Below are positions 31,245-41,298 of a DNA stretch of 64,000 nt, in pieces (the stretch's first letter is position 1; every line of letters starts with the position of its first letter). This DNA comes from Acidobacteriota bacterium (GTDB lineage: Bacteria; Acidobacteriota; UBA890; WLXD01). Position numbers and translations under genes: made by a program. Location: assembly GCA_963666215.2 (NCBI GenBank), contig CAXWPL010000002.1:703326-767325 (forward strand). The letters run 5' to 3'. A model generated the notes under the pieces. That model was given only the letters and a program-made list of their open reading frames with translations. It had not been told where the DNA came from and did not search any database.

Positions 31245-33284
31245 GGGCAGCAAGCCGCGGACAAGATCGGCTTCCCTGTTGTCGTCAAGCCCCTCAATGC
31301 CAACCACGGCCGCGGCGTGTCGATTGGACTGACCGATTCGGAGCAGGTGGCGGCAGCGTTCGACCAGGCGCACAAACACAGCAGGGGAGTGCTCGTCGAG
31401 AGCTTCATCACGGATCTCGACCATCGGCTGCTCGTCATCGACGGTGAGCTCATCGCGGCCGCCAAACGTATGCCCGCACACGTGGTCGGCGACGGCGAAC
31501 GCAGTGTTGAGGAGCTGATCGAAATCGTCAACGCGGACCCTCGCCGAGGCATCGGCCATGAGCGCGATCTCACCCGAATCGAGCTCAACCACCAGTCCGA
31601 GCGGCTCCTGCAGCGTCTCGGCTACAGGCAGGAGAGCGTGCCTGCCAAGGACGAGGTGGTGTTCCTGTGCTCGACCGCGAACCTGTCGACGGGGGGCACG
31701 GCCATTGACGTCACCGACGCGGTCCACCCGGACAACCGCGAAATGGCGATTCGAGCGGCCAAGGCAATCGGACTCGATATCGCGGGTGTCGACTTCCTTA
31801 CCCATGACATCTCCGAGTCCTACAAGCAGTCCGGGGGCGCCATTTGTGAAATCAACGCCGCCCCCGGCTTCCGCATGCATGTTGCGCCCAGTGAGGGGCT
31901 GGCACGCGACGTTGCCGGTCCAGTTCTCGACATGCTCTTCCCGAGCGGGTCGCGCAGCCGCATCCCGATTGCCACGATCACCGGCACGAATGGCAAGACG
32001 ACCACGGCCCGGATGCTCGCCCACATCATGAAGATGAGCGGCCACACCGTCGGACTCACCACAACCGACGGCGTGTACATCGACGGTCAGCTCACCGTGC
32101 CGGGCGACATGACAGGGCCGGTCGCGGCGCGCATGGTGCTACGTGACCCGAGCGTCGACGTGGCGGTGCTCGAGACCGCGCGCGGCGGCCTGTTGCGCGC
32201 CGGCATGGGCTACCGCCGGTGCGACGTGGGAGCCTGTCTGAATATTGCCGCCGATCACCTCGGCCTGCGTGGAGTCGACACGATCGAAGAGCTGGCTGAA
32301 GTCAAGCGAACGGTCATCGAAGTGGCCCGCGGCGCCGCGGTGCTCAACGCCGACGACCCTCTGTGCTTGAAGATGGCCGACTACAGCAACGCCGAGCGCA
32401 TCTGCTACGTGAGCATGCAGCGTGCCCACCCGCTGGTGAAAGAGCATGTTCGCGCCGGCGGGCTCGCGGTTGTGCTCGAAGAGGGTATCAATGGCCACAT
32501 GATCACTCTCTACGACAACGGCGCCCACATTCCGCTCCTGTGGACTCATCTGATCCCGGCCACCATCGAGGGTCGCGCGCTGCACAACGTGCAGAACGCG
32601 ATGTTCGCCACCGCGATGGCGTACTGCATGGAGATCCGCCTCGAGGACATCCGCCAGGGCCTGCGTACGTTCGACACCACGTTTTTCCAGGCTCCGGGGC
32701 GCCTCAATGTCTTCGACGAGCATCCGTTCAAGGTCATCCTCGACTACGGTCACAACCCGGCCGCTGTGCGGGCGATGTGCGAGCTCGTGGACCGCATGGA
32801 GCCAGAGGGCGAAACCATCTGCGTTCTCGCGGCACCTGGCGACCGGCGCGACGAGGACATCCGCGAGATCGCGCAGATCGCCGCCACGCACTTCGACCGC
32901 TTCATCTGCCGCCGCGACGACCGCCTGCGCGGCCGTGAGGCCAACGAGGTACCGCGCATGCTGCGTGATGCGCTGCTGGAAGCCGGCGTCGCGGATGAAG
33001 CGATCGAGATCGTGCCCGACGAGACTGCCTCCATCGACGCAGCTCTGACGAGCGCGAAGCCCCGCGACTTGCTGCTGATCTTCGCCGACAACCTCCAACG
33101 CAGCTGGGAGCAGATCCTCGACTTCCAGCCCGAGACGGCAGCGAGCGAGACGGCAGAAAAAGCCTCACCGACGATGTCGATTGAGCTGCCTGAAGCCGCT
33201 GAGAGCGCCTTCGACACCGATCTCGAGCTGATCCGCGACGATCGCGGTGTACGACTCGTTCGCGAGGTCGAGACCTCCGACTGA
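31245..33284 (+). pseudogene. cphA: Cyanophycin synthetase lacking its N domain and the start of the ATP-grasp domain
   Basis: IGFPVVVKPLNANHGRGVS, NADPRRGIGHE, ANLSTGGTAIDVTD, EINAAPGFRMH, ITGTNGKTTT, LETARGG, DYGHNP, GDRRD. Confidence 0.9.
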
Positions 33285-33307
33285 CTCCCGACTGTAGCTG
33301 CCCACCG

Positions 33308-35119
33308 TTGCATCTGACCGACTCTCGTCGCCTGACCGGCGCCAACCTCGTATCGGATCGCCCTGGCGCGGCGATCGAAGTCGCCGTGCCCAATGACCAG
33401 ATCAATCGCGTTGTGCGCCGATGGGAGCGCCACGCGCGGGCACTTCTGGACGCGGTCGGCTGGCGCGAGCACGAAACCAGGGCCCGCACGTACCCGGGAG
33501 GCGGCAGCTTCGTTCTGGGTGCGCCGATCGACACGCTGTACGCGGCCACGGAGATCAACGAATGGGCCTGGGCGGCAACGTCGGCCGAGCTCGCCGATGG
33601 CGAGCCGCCACCGGCACTGCAGACCATCGCCGAGCAGCTGCGGGCTGCGATCGCCGCCGAGTCCAACCCGGCGCTTCTCCGCCTGCAGAAGGCTGCTGCG
33701 ACGCACAACGTCAGCTTTGTCTGGGACGACGAGGCTGTCTCCGTCGGCTCCGGCCGCGGGGCTATCGCTTGGCCGGTCGAGGAGCTGCCGCGTCCCGAGG
33801 CCGTTGATTGGCAGCGTGTGCGCGACGTTCGAGTGCTGCTGGTCACTGGAACAAACGGTAAGACCACGACCGTGCGCATGCTGGCGGCGATCGTCGCGGC
33901 TGCCGGAAAGGTCCCCGGCAATACCTCCACCGACGGCGTCCAGGTGGGCGGCGAGCTCGTCCTCGTGGGCGACTACACCGGCGGTGAAGGAGCTCGGACC
34001 GTACTGCGTGACCCACGGGTTGATGTGGCGATTCTGGAGGTGTCCCGCGGAGGTCTGCTGCGACGAGGCCTTCCCGTGGAGCGCGCCGACGCGGCGCTGG
34101 TCAGCAACGTCGGCGAGGACCACCTTGGCGAGTACGGGGTCTGCGATCTGGAGACGCTGGCGCGCGTGAAGTTGCTGGTGGGGCGAGCGCTCGGCCCACG
34201 ATCCGAGCTCATACTCAACGCCGATGACGATCTGCTCGTCCGCACCTACCTCACAGACGCGCCGTCTGAGCTCCGTCAACAGACCCGCTGGCTGACCGTC
34301 AATCGCAGCCTCCCCCACGTGGCCGCTCGTGTTCGGGAAGCCGGTGGTTATGGAATGGAGGACGGGTGGTTGTGCTCTTGGTTGACCTCGCCGGGATCCT
34401 CCGGAGTCTTCGGAGACAACAGGTCGTCCGGCGAACGAGAAGGCGTTGCCTCACCTCTTGCCGGCGGTTCGTCACGCGTCATCCGCGTCGACGAGATTCC
34501 CGCCACCCTCGAAGGCGCTGCCACGCACAACGTCTACAACGCGTTGGGCGCCATGGCGCTTGCGCACTCGATCGAAATCGGCGCAGACGTGATCGCCGAC
34601 GGTCTGCGCAACTTCGCCAGCGACAGCCGCCAGAACCCTGGTCGCGGCAACCTCTTCGAGCTCGGTGGCGTGCGTGTGTACGCCGACTTCGCGCACAACC
34701 CCCACGGCCTGCGAACCGTCATCGAGATGGCGGGACGCCTGCCGCGGCAACGCCTGGCGATCCTCCTGGGCCAGGCGGGCGATCGCGACAACGAGTCCAT
34801 CGACGCCCTGGCAAGCATCGCCTGGCGCGCCCATCCCGATCTCGTCATCCTCAAGGAGATGACGGCTTATCTGCGCGGACGAGAATCAGGCGAGGTCGTC
34901 GCCCGACTCGAGAGCGCGCTGCACGCCGCTGGCGCGCCACGAGATCACGTCCAGCACGCGGTCGACGAAATGGCGGCGGTGCGTCAAGCGCTCGCCTGGG
35001 CTCGACCTGGCGATCTCGTTCTCTTGCTACTGCACGCGCGCCGCGGCGAAGCCCTCGAGCTGCTCGTCAGCCTCCAGGCCAACAACTGGGCACCGGGCAA
35101 TCCCATCCCGGGAGCGTAG
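33308..35119 (+). CDS. CphA-related Mur-ligase-family protein (N-like and M domains, no ATP-grasp)
   Basis: DSRRLTGANL start; VTGTNGKTTTVR, STDG, GDYTG, LEVSRGG, NVGEDHLG, LNADD, NPGRGN, DFAHNP, GDR. Confidence 0.85.
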   Translation: MHLTDSRRLTGANLVSDRPGAAIEVAVPNDQINRVVRRWERHARALLDAVGWREHETRARTYPGGGSFVLGAPIDTLYAATEINEWAWAATSAELADGEPPPALQTIAEQLRAAIAAESNPALLRLQKAAATHNVSFVWDDEAVSVGSGRGAIAWPVEELPRPEAVDWQRVRDVRVLLVTGTNGKTTTVRMLAAIVAAAGKVPGNTSTDGVQVGGELVLVGDYTGGEGARTVLRDPRVDVAILEVSRGGLLRRGLPVERADAALVSNVGEDHLGEYGVCDLETLARVKLLVGRALGPRSELILNADDDLLVRTYLTDAPSELRQQTRWLTVNRSLPHVAARVREAGGYGMEDGWLCSWLTSPGSSGVFGDNRSSGEREGVASPLAGGSSRVIRVDEIPATLEGAATHNVYNALGAMALAHSIEIGADVIADGLRNFASDSRQNPGRGNLFELGGVRVYADFAHNPHGLRTVIEMAGRLPRQRLAILLGQAGDRDNESIDALASIAWRAHPDLVILKEMTAYLRGRESGEVVARLESALHAAGAPRDHVQHAVDEMAAVRQALAWARPGDLVLLLLHARRGEALELLVSLQANNWAPGNPIPGA

Positions 35120-35152
35120 CAATTCGACTACCTCTCGAAGGAGGCGACAGAA

Positions 35153-35557
35153 ATGAACGCTGCACCGACGACGGTTGAGCTGGAATGGGAGGGCGAATTG
35201 CGCTTTCGCGGCCGAGCAGGCTCGCATGAGCTGCGCCTCGACAGCGACTCGGCGACCGGTCCTTCGCCCATGGAGACACTGGCATTGGCCATCGGCTCCT
35301 GCATGGCGATCGACATCGTGCACATTCTCGAGCGCATGCGCACACCGCTGACGGCGCTGCGCCTGTCGATTCGGGGCACTCGCGCGGACACCCCGCCACG
35401 CCGCTTCGTCCGCGTCGAGATGGACGTCGAAGTCGAGGGCGACGTACCCGAAAGCAACATGCGGCGGGCGATCGATCTTTCGCGCGACAAGTACTGCTCG
35501 GTGTGGCACACGATCCGGCCCGATGCGGAGCTGCTGGTCAATACGAAGCACGTTTGA
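35153..35557 (+). CDS. OsmC/YhfA-family protein
   Basis: GPSPME, GSCMAIDI, KYCSV; AGGAGG RBS. Confidence 0.9.
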   Translation: MNAAPTTVELEWEGELRFRGRAGSHELRLDSDSATGPSPMETLALAIGSCMAIDIVHILERMRTPLTALRLSIRGTRADTPPRRFVRVEMDVEVEGDVPESNMRRAIDLSRDKYCSVWHTIRPDAELLVNTKHV

Positions 35558-35648
35558 TCGCGCTGTCATCGGATCCGGCGTCGGGCGGGAACCCGACCGA
35601 CGCCCAGCTGCGGCTGCCGGCAACCAAACCGACTCCGTTCCCGCTTCT

Positions 35649-35936
35649 CTAGCAGGCCGTGGCGGAAGTGTGGCGGGCCTGGTTACGGCGAGTTGGGGCC
35701 GGATGCAAGGCGGCCTGACGCAGGCGATGGTTGCCCCATCGTCGAGGAAGGCCAACACCGCAGACGGCCCCAACTCGCCGTAACCCCCCAATGCAAAGAT
35801 CCGGCAGGGGCCCGCGGTCGTATGCTGCGTCGTTCGTCGTCAACGATGCGTTCAACATCGCCTCCTCCTCTCTTCTTGCCTCCGACTCGCAAGACCCTGT
35901 CGCCAGGCCCACCACACTTCCGCCACGGCCTGCTAG
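35649..35936. mobile_element. MITE-like non-autonomous palindromic element
   Basis: 34-bp terminal IRs (35649-35682 / 35903-35936, 1 mismatch) with CTAG at both outer ends; perfect internal 21-bp IR (35681-35701 / 35765-35785); no coding capacity. Confidence 0.8.
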
Positions 35937-37183
35937 CCAGCGGCAGCGACGGCTCGCATCAACTGGGCCGAGAGGTAAGCGCCGTACGTTCCGACCGCGT
36001 AGCCAAGCACGGCGAGTAGCGCCCCGACCGGTGCCAAAGACGGATGCACGGCTGAAGCGACGATCGGTGCGGAGGCCGCACCACCGACGTTCGCTTGGCT
36101 GCCGACGGCCACGAAGAAAATCGGCGCCCGGATGACACGCGCCACTCCGAGCATGATGGCGGCGTGGATGATCATCCAAACCGCGCCGACGACAAACAGA
36201 CCGGGGTTGTCGAACACGGCCAGCAGATTCATCTGCATGCCGATCGTCACGACGAGCACCCAGATGAACAGCGTACCCACACGCGCGGCCCCCGCTCCTT
36301 CGAGCCGGCGCGCCCCGGTGTTCGAAAGCACGACCCCCAGCGTTGTCGCGACAACGACCAGCCAGAAGAACTGCGAGGTCAGGCTGTAGACCGCTAGCCC
36401 GGGCAAGTTCGTGGCGATCCACGGCGCGATGAGGTCCGCCAGGAAATGCGACACGGCAGTCGCTCCGAAGCCCACAGCAAGAAGCTGGATGCTGTCGGTC
36501 AGAGACGGAATCCGTAGGTGCTTGGCCTGGTGCGCCTCGACCCGGCGCCGCACCTCGTCGATGGCGCTGGTGTCGGCCCCGATCTTGGCGTCGAGCTCCG
36601 GGGCCCTTCCAATCAAGTAGAGCAGCACGGCGAGCCAGATGTTGGCGATGATCACGTCGACTGCGATCATCGCCGAGAACAGATCGTCGCTGACCTCGAA
36701 AACCTCCTTCATCGCCGTCTGGTTGGCGCCACCGCCAATCCAACTGCCAGCAACCGTGGCCAGGCCGCGCCACACGGCGTCGGGCCCGGTGCCGCCGACG
36801 ATCGACGGATCAAACCAACCGACGAGCAGCATCGCCAGCGGACCGCCGACGACAATGCCCACGGTGCCAGCCAAGAACATGATCAGCGCCTTGGGCCCGA
36901 GGCGCATGATCGACGGCAGATCCACGCTCAGCGTCAGCAACACGAGCGCGGTAGGAAGAAGGTAGCGTGAAGCTACGAAGTAGAGGTTCGAGGCATCGCC
37001 GTCGATCAGGCCGAAGGTCGACAGCAGAGCGGGCACGAAGTACGCGACGAACAGCGATGGCACCACCCGGTAGAAGCGCTGCCAGCCAGTGCGCTGGCTG
37101 TGCGACGTCGTGAAGATGAACGCCAGCACAGCCATCAGAATGCCGAATACGACGGCGTCGTTGGTGATCAGCGCGGTGTTCAT
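35933..37183 (-). CDS. DUF819 (COG5505)-family membrane protein
   Basis: About 11 TM; GSWIGGGANQ, GSQANVGGAASAP, LGYAVGTY. Confidence 0.85.
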   Translation of the reverse strand: MNTALITNDAVVFGILMAVLAFIFTTSHSQRTGWQRFYRVVPSLFVAYFVPALLSTFGLIDGDASNLYFVASRYLLPTALVLLTLSVDLPSIMRLGPKALIMFLAGTVGIVVGGPLAMLLVGWFDPSIVGGTGPDAVWRGLATVAGSWIGGGANQTAMKEVFEVSDDLFSAMIAVDVIIANIWLAVLLYLIGRAPELDAKIGADTSAIDEVRRRVEAHQAKHLRIPSLTDSIQLLAVGFGATAVSHFLADLIAPWIATNLPGLAVYSLTSQFFWLVVVATTLGVVLSNTGARRLEGAGAARVGTLFIWVLVVTIGMQMNLLAVFDNPGLFVVGAVWMIIHAAIMLGVARVIRAPIFFVAVGSQANVGGAASAPIVASAVHPSLAPVGALLAVLGYAVGTYGAYLSAQLMRAVAAAG

Positions 37184-37319
37184 GACTCAGTCCTCGGGTG
37201 GCGGACGGCAGCAGGACACCCGGATTCAGCGACCAGGCTGAATGTGCCCGCCTGCAGAGTCGGAAAGCTGATACGGCCCCTGGTCGGGGTGCGGGCACGA
37301 TCGGCGGCGCCCAGAATCA

Positions 37320-39005
37320 TCAGTGGCTCCAGACGAGGCTTCCCGCGACGATCGTCGCGCTAGGCTCCATGAGGGGCCACCCTTCGACGCCGATCGTCGT
37401 CGGATCCTGGGACAGGCAGGTAACGTCGGCTGCGAAGCCCGGCTTCAGGATGCCGAGCTGTTTTTCGCGTCGTACCGCGTAGGCTGCCGCGGCGGTGTAT
37501 CCGTTCAGAGCGACGGCCGGGCGTGCACGCTCTCGAGGCAAGTACCCCGCGGCCGGGAAGCCGCCGACGGTTTGCCGCGTGATGGCGGCGTGCATGCCGC
37601 GGAGCACGTCCACCTCTTCGACCGGAGCATCGCTTCCGAAGCAGATCGGTATCCCCGCTTCGGCGAGGCTGTTCCAGCGGTACACGCTCGCCATCCGCCC
37701 GCTGCCAAGCCGCTCCTCGAGCCAGGGCATGTCGCTGGTGACGAAGGTGGGCTGGCACGACGCGACAAGCCGCAGATCGGCGAGCCGGGCCACGTCGGCG
37801 TCGGTGAGCATGGCGCAGTGTTCCACGCGGCACCGAATGCGCGAGCGCATGGCGTAAATCTCGGCCTGCGCGCTGGGGCCGCCGGAGTCCTCGACTCCAG
37901 CGATCGCGGATTCGGCAGAAGCAAGTACGCGCTCGTAGGCCCCGAGCACCGCTCTGAGCGCGGCGTCTCCGATGGCGTGCGTGGCAACCTGCCAGCCGCC
38001 GGCAATCGCGAGTCGCGCATAACGCTCGATCCGTGCTTCGCTGTCGAGCACCACCCCCGTCGCTCCCGGACGATCCGTGTAGGGCTCGAGCAGCCAGGCG
38101 CCGCGACTGCCAAACGCGCCGTCGGCGAACAGCTTGACGCCGCAAACGGTGTACATGTCGTGTACCGACGGGTCGACGTATGGCGCGCCCGCGTAGCGCT
38201 CCTCGAAGGTCTCCGGCCGCGCGTAGGCATGGGTACGAACGTGCCAGCTGTTCGCCGCCGTCAGCCCTCGGATCGAGTCGTCGAGCTCGTCATCGAGCGA
38301 CATATGGTGAGCGCCGGTCACGCCGCGCTGGTGCAGGTGCTGCTGGACGGCCAGTAGCCGGCGCTCGCGAGCCGCGCCATCAGGCTTTTCGAGCGCAACC
38401 AGATCCATCGCGCGGTCGATGAGCAGCCCCGTAGCCCGGCCCTCGGCGTCGCGTGCGATCTCGCCAGCTACCGGGTCGGGCGTTGTAGCGGTGATACCCG
38501 CGTTCTCGATCAGCGCCCCGTTGCCCCAGCCAGAGTGCACGTCGACGCGCACCAACCAGACCGGGCGATCCGGGTATGCCTCGTCAAGCACCTCGCGTAC
38601 GGGGCGGCCGAGCGACGAGCCCAGGTTGTCGTCCCAATTCCGACCGACCACCCAGCCTTCCGGCGGCGCCTGGTCGCGCAAGCGGCCAACAAGCTCCGCC
38701 GCGGAGCGGCAGCCCCGCAGGTCGACGCTCTCCAGGCCGGCGCCCAGAAGATCCAGGTGCAGGTGAGCATCGGTAAAGCCGGGAAGCGCACAGCCACCGG
38801 CCAGGTCGAGTTCCTGCGCCGACGTACTTGCCTGACTGACGACCTCGGCGTCGTCGCCCGTGGCCACCACAAGCCCATCTCGCAACAACAACGCCTGCGC
38901 TCGGGGCCGTTCGAGGTCGAGAGTGATCACACTGCCGTTGCGGATCAAGAGCTCACGACCGGGTTCGCCGTGGTCGCGTTCAATGCAGTCGCGAGGTGTC
39001 TGCAT
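37320..39005 (-). CDS. Amidohydrolase-3 (YtcJ-like)
   Basis: PGFTDAHLH, KLFADGAFGSRGA, HAIGD, RVEH, GSDAPV, GILKPGFAAD. Confidence 0.9.
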   Translation of the reverse strand: MQTPRDCIERDHGEPGRELLIRNGSVITLDLERPRAQALLLRDGLVVATGDDAEVVSQASTSAQELDLAGGCALPGFTDAHLHLDLLGAGLESVDLRGCRSAAELVGRLRDQAPPEGWVVGRNWDDNLGSSLGRPVREVLDEAYPDRPVWLVRVDVHSGWGNGALIENAGITATTPDPVAGEIARDAEGRATGLLIDRAMDLVALEKPDGAARERRLLAVQQHLHQRGVTGAHHMSLDDELDDSIRGLTAANSWHVRTHAYARPETFEERYAGAPYVDPSVHDMYTVCGVKLFADGAFGSRGAWLLEPYTDRPGATGVVLDSEARIERYARLAIAGGWQVATHAIGDAALRAVLGAYERVLASAESAIAGVEDSGGPSAQAEIYAMRSRIRCRVEHCAMLTDADVARLADLRLVASCQPTFVTSDMPWLEERLGSGRMASVYRWNSLAEAGIPICFGSDAPVEEVDVLRGMHAAITRQTVGGFPAAGYLPRERARPAVALNGYTAAAAYAVRREKQLGILKPGFAADVTCLSQDPTTIGVEGWPLMEPSATIVAGSLVWSH

Positions 39006-39084
39006 GGCAATCCTGTTCGGCGGCATTGTGTGACACGTCCGACCAGCCGCTATGTCCGCGTGTCCGCCTGCTATTCTCAAAAAC

Positions 39085-40335
39085 ATGCGATCGCAATCCA
39101 CGCTCCGCAGCAAAGCTCTCGGCAAACCCCTGAGAGCCATCGTGGTGCCGGCGCTGGCGGGCCTCCTCCTCCTGCTCATGCTCGGAGTGACCGGCAGCGC
39201 TTTGATGCTGTTTCGCGAGGCCACCGCCATCCATCCGGTTTTGGGATGGACAGTGCTGGCCGTCCTGGTTGTCGGCTTCGCGCTGCTGATTGTACTTCCA
39301 GTGGCGCGTGTAATGACATTGCCGCGCGGCCTGGCAGTGCCCGCAGAGACCAGCGGCCCACGGTGGGAACGCTACCTGCGGCGTTTCGCGAGACGCTTGT
39401 TACGCAATCGTGAGCTCGACGGCTTCGCCAGGCTCGACGAGCTCGAAGCTCTGACGCGATCGCGGAAGTACGCCGAACTGGAAGCGACCATCCGGCAAGC
39501 GATGGGCTTCCTCGACGAGCGGGCGCGCTGCGAGATCTCTCGCCAGGCTGGCGTCGTGTTCGCCACAACAGCCATCTCGCAGAGTGGGCGTCTCGACAGC
39601 GTGGTGGTGCTCAGTGCACAGCTGCGGCTCGTTCGTCGCGTCGCCGAGATCTACTCGGCGCGCCCCTCTCTGCGCGAGCTCGCACGCCTGTACGCGAACG
39701 TGGGTGGCTCCGCTTTCCTTGCCGGAGAGATCCAGGACAGCGAGCTACTCGCCGTCCTCGGTGCGCCGGTCAGCGCTGCCATCGTGGGGATGGTTCCTGT
39801 GGGCGGCACCGACCCGGCAGTGTCGCTCCTGGTGACGGGGCTCATGGACGGCTCGGCGAACGGCTTCCTGACACTGCGCGTTGGAATCGTGACGATGCGC
39901 TACTGCGATCTCGGGCCTCCACCAGACAGGCGTCGCGTGGCCTCTAGCACTTCGATCGAAGCCGCCGGCCTGCTCGCGGCGACGATCGGCGAGGGCGCCT
40001 CTCGCGTCGCGACCACAACACGCCGACTTCTTCTTCAGGGTGCCATCAGTGGCACCGCCAAGGCCGCGCGCGGGGTCGCCGACGTCGGCTCGGGGGCCAT
40101 CGGCAAGCTCGCCGAGGTCCTCGACCGCGCGGCGAGGCAGGTGGGACGACAGGCGAGCCGCCCACCGCGCTGGATGCTGCAGGAGAGCTTTCGATTCTGG
40201 CAGGGAATCGCCGGCAGCTTTGCGGCCCTCGCCGACGATAGTGGCGGCGAAGGACGCGACGGTCATGAGGCTGAGGGCGGCGAACAGCCCCCAGGCTCGT
40301 CAAACACCCCTGAGGCCGTCAGACGAACGTCTTAG
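39085..40335 (+). CDS. YcjF/DUF697-family membrane protein
   Basis: Two N-terminal TM; TAISQSGRLD, IYSARP, DGSANGFLTLRVG. Confidence 0.7.
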   Translation: MRSQSTLRSKALGKPLRAIVVPALAGLLLLLMLGVTGSALMLFREATAIHPVLGWTVLAVLVVGFALLIVLPVARVMTLPRGLAVPAETSGPRWERYLRRFARRLLRNRELDGFARLDELEALTRSRKYAELEATIRQAMGFLDERARCEISRQAGVVFATTAISQSGRLDSVVVLSAQLRLVRRVAEIYSARPSLRELARLYANVGGSAFLAGEIQDSELLAVLGAPVSAAIVGMVPVGGTDPAVSLLVTGLMDGSANGFLTLRVGIVTMRYCDLGPPPDRRRVASSTSIEAAGLLAATIGEGASRVATTTRRLLLQGAISGTAKAARGVADVGSGAIGKLAEVLDRAARQVGRQASRPPRWMLQESFRFWQGIAGSFAALADDSGGEGRDGHEAEGGEQPPGSSNTPEAVRRTS

Positions 40336-41245
40336 GATCGGTGTTGGCCCCGCACACCAGGGCGCACACCTTCTCGCCCTCAGCGGGGCGGTAGGCGCCC
40401 GTGAGCAACGCGGCGAGGCTGGTAGCTCCGCCGGGCTCAACGACGAGCCGCAGCTCGGCCCACAGGAGCGCCTGAGCCGCTTCAATGGCCTCGTCGGCAA
40501 CCAGTACGGACTCGTCGACGAAACGACGCGCGCAGGCGAACGGAATCGCGCCGATCTTGCGCGCCGCCAGCGAGTCCGACGCCAGCCCTCCCACGTCAAC
40601 GGTGGTGGGCTCGCCCTCCCGCAGTGCCGCATGCAGCGTCGGGCAACGTTCCGGCTCCACCGCGACGATACGGACGTCGTCGCGGAACCAAGCGGCCACG
40701 CCTCCAATAAGGCCACCACCGCCGACCGCGACGAGCACGGTGTCGAGGTCCGAGCACTGTTCGGCGAGCTCCCTTCCGAGCGTACCGGCACCGGCGACGA
40801 TCTCCGGTTGATCATAGGCATGCACCACCACCGCACCGCTCTGTGCCGCGCGCTCCTCGCACGCCTCGCGCGCCTCGTCGTAAACGCTGCCGACCTGGCG
40901 AATCGCCGCTCCGTAGGTTCGCAACCGATCGACCTTGATCCGGGGGGCTGTTTCGGGAACGAAGATCTCGGCGGGGAAGCCTAGCTGTTGAGCAGCGTAG
41001 GCGACCGCCTGCGCGTGATTGCCGCCGGAAGCCGCAATCACTCCCGCCTCGGGTACGAGCGCCGAGAGGATGCGGTTGAAGGCGCCGCGCGGCTTGAAAG
41101 AGCCGGTATGCTGAAAAAGCTCGAGCTTGAGCGTCAGCGGGAGCCCCAGCCCCAACCCTCCTGCCAGATGCATGACGGGAGTCCGGCGAACGTGACTCGT
41201 AATGCGCGCGGCCGCCGCTTCGATATCGGACCGTTCGATCATCAA
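40319..41245 (-). CDS. Threonine/serine dehydratase (PLP fold II)
   Basis: KLELFQHTGSFKPRGA, ASGGNH, VGGGGL, VEP, CGAN. Confidence 0.92.
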   Translation of the reverse strand: MMIERSDIEAAAARITSHVRRTPVMHLAGGLGLGLPLTLKLELFQHTGSFKPRGAFNRILSALVPEAGVIAASGGNHAQAVAYAAQQLGFPAEIFVPETAPRIKVDRLRTYGAAIRQVGSVYDEAREACEERAAQSGAVVVHAYDQPEIVAGAGTLGRELAEQCSDLDTVLVAVGGGGLIGGVAAWFRDDVRIVAVEPERCPTLHAALREGEPTTVDVGGLASDSLAARKIGAIPFACARRFVDESVLVADEAIEAAQALLWAELRLVVEPGGATSLAALLTGAYRPAEGEKVCALVCGANTDPKTFV

Positions 41246-41298
41246 TCCATTCTGCCCGATCGGAGAGCCGCGCGAAGCACGCGAAGCTTGCGATCGAT

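Noticed and set aside
30846-31245. N-terminus of the 812-aa ORF as a novel CphA domain
   Set aside because: It is the out-of-frame reading of intergenic DNA and the iadA fragment
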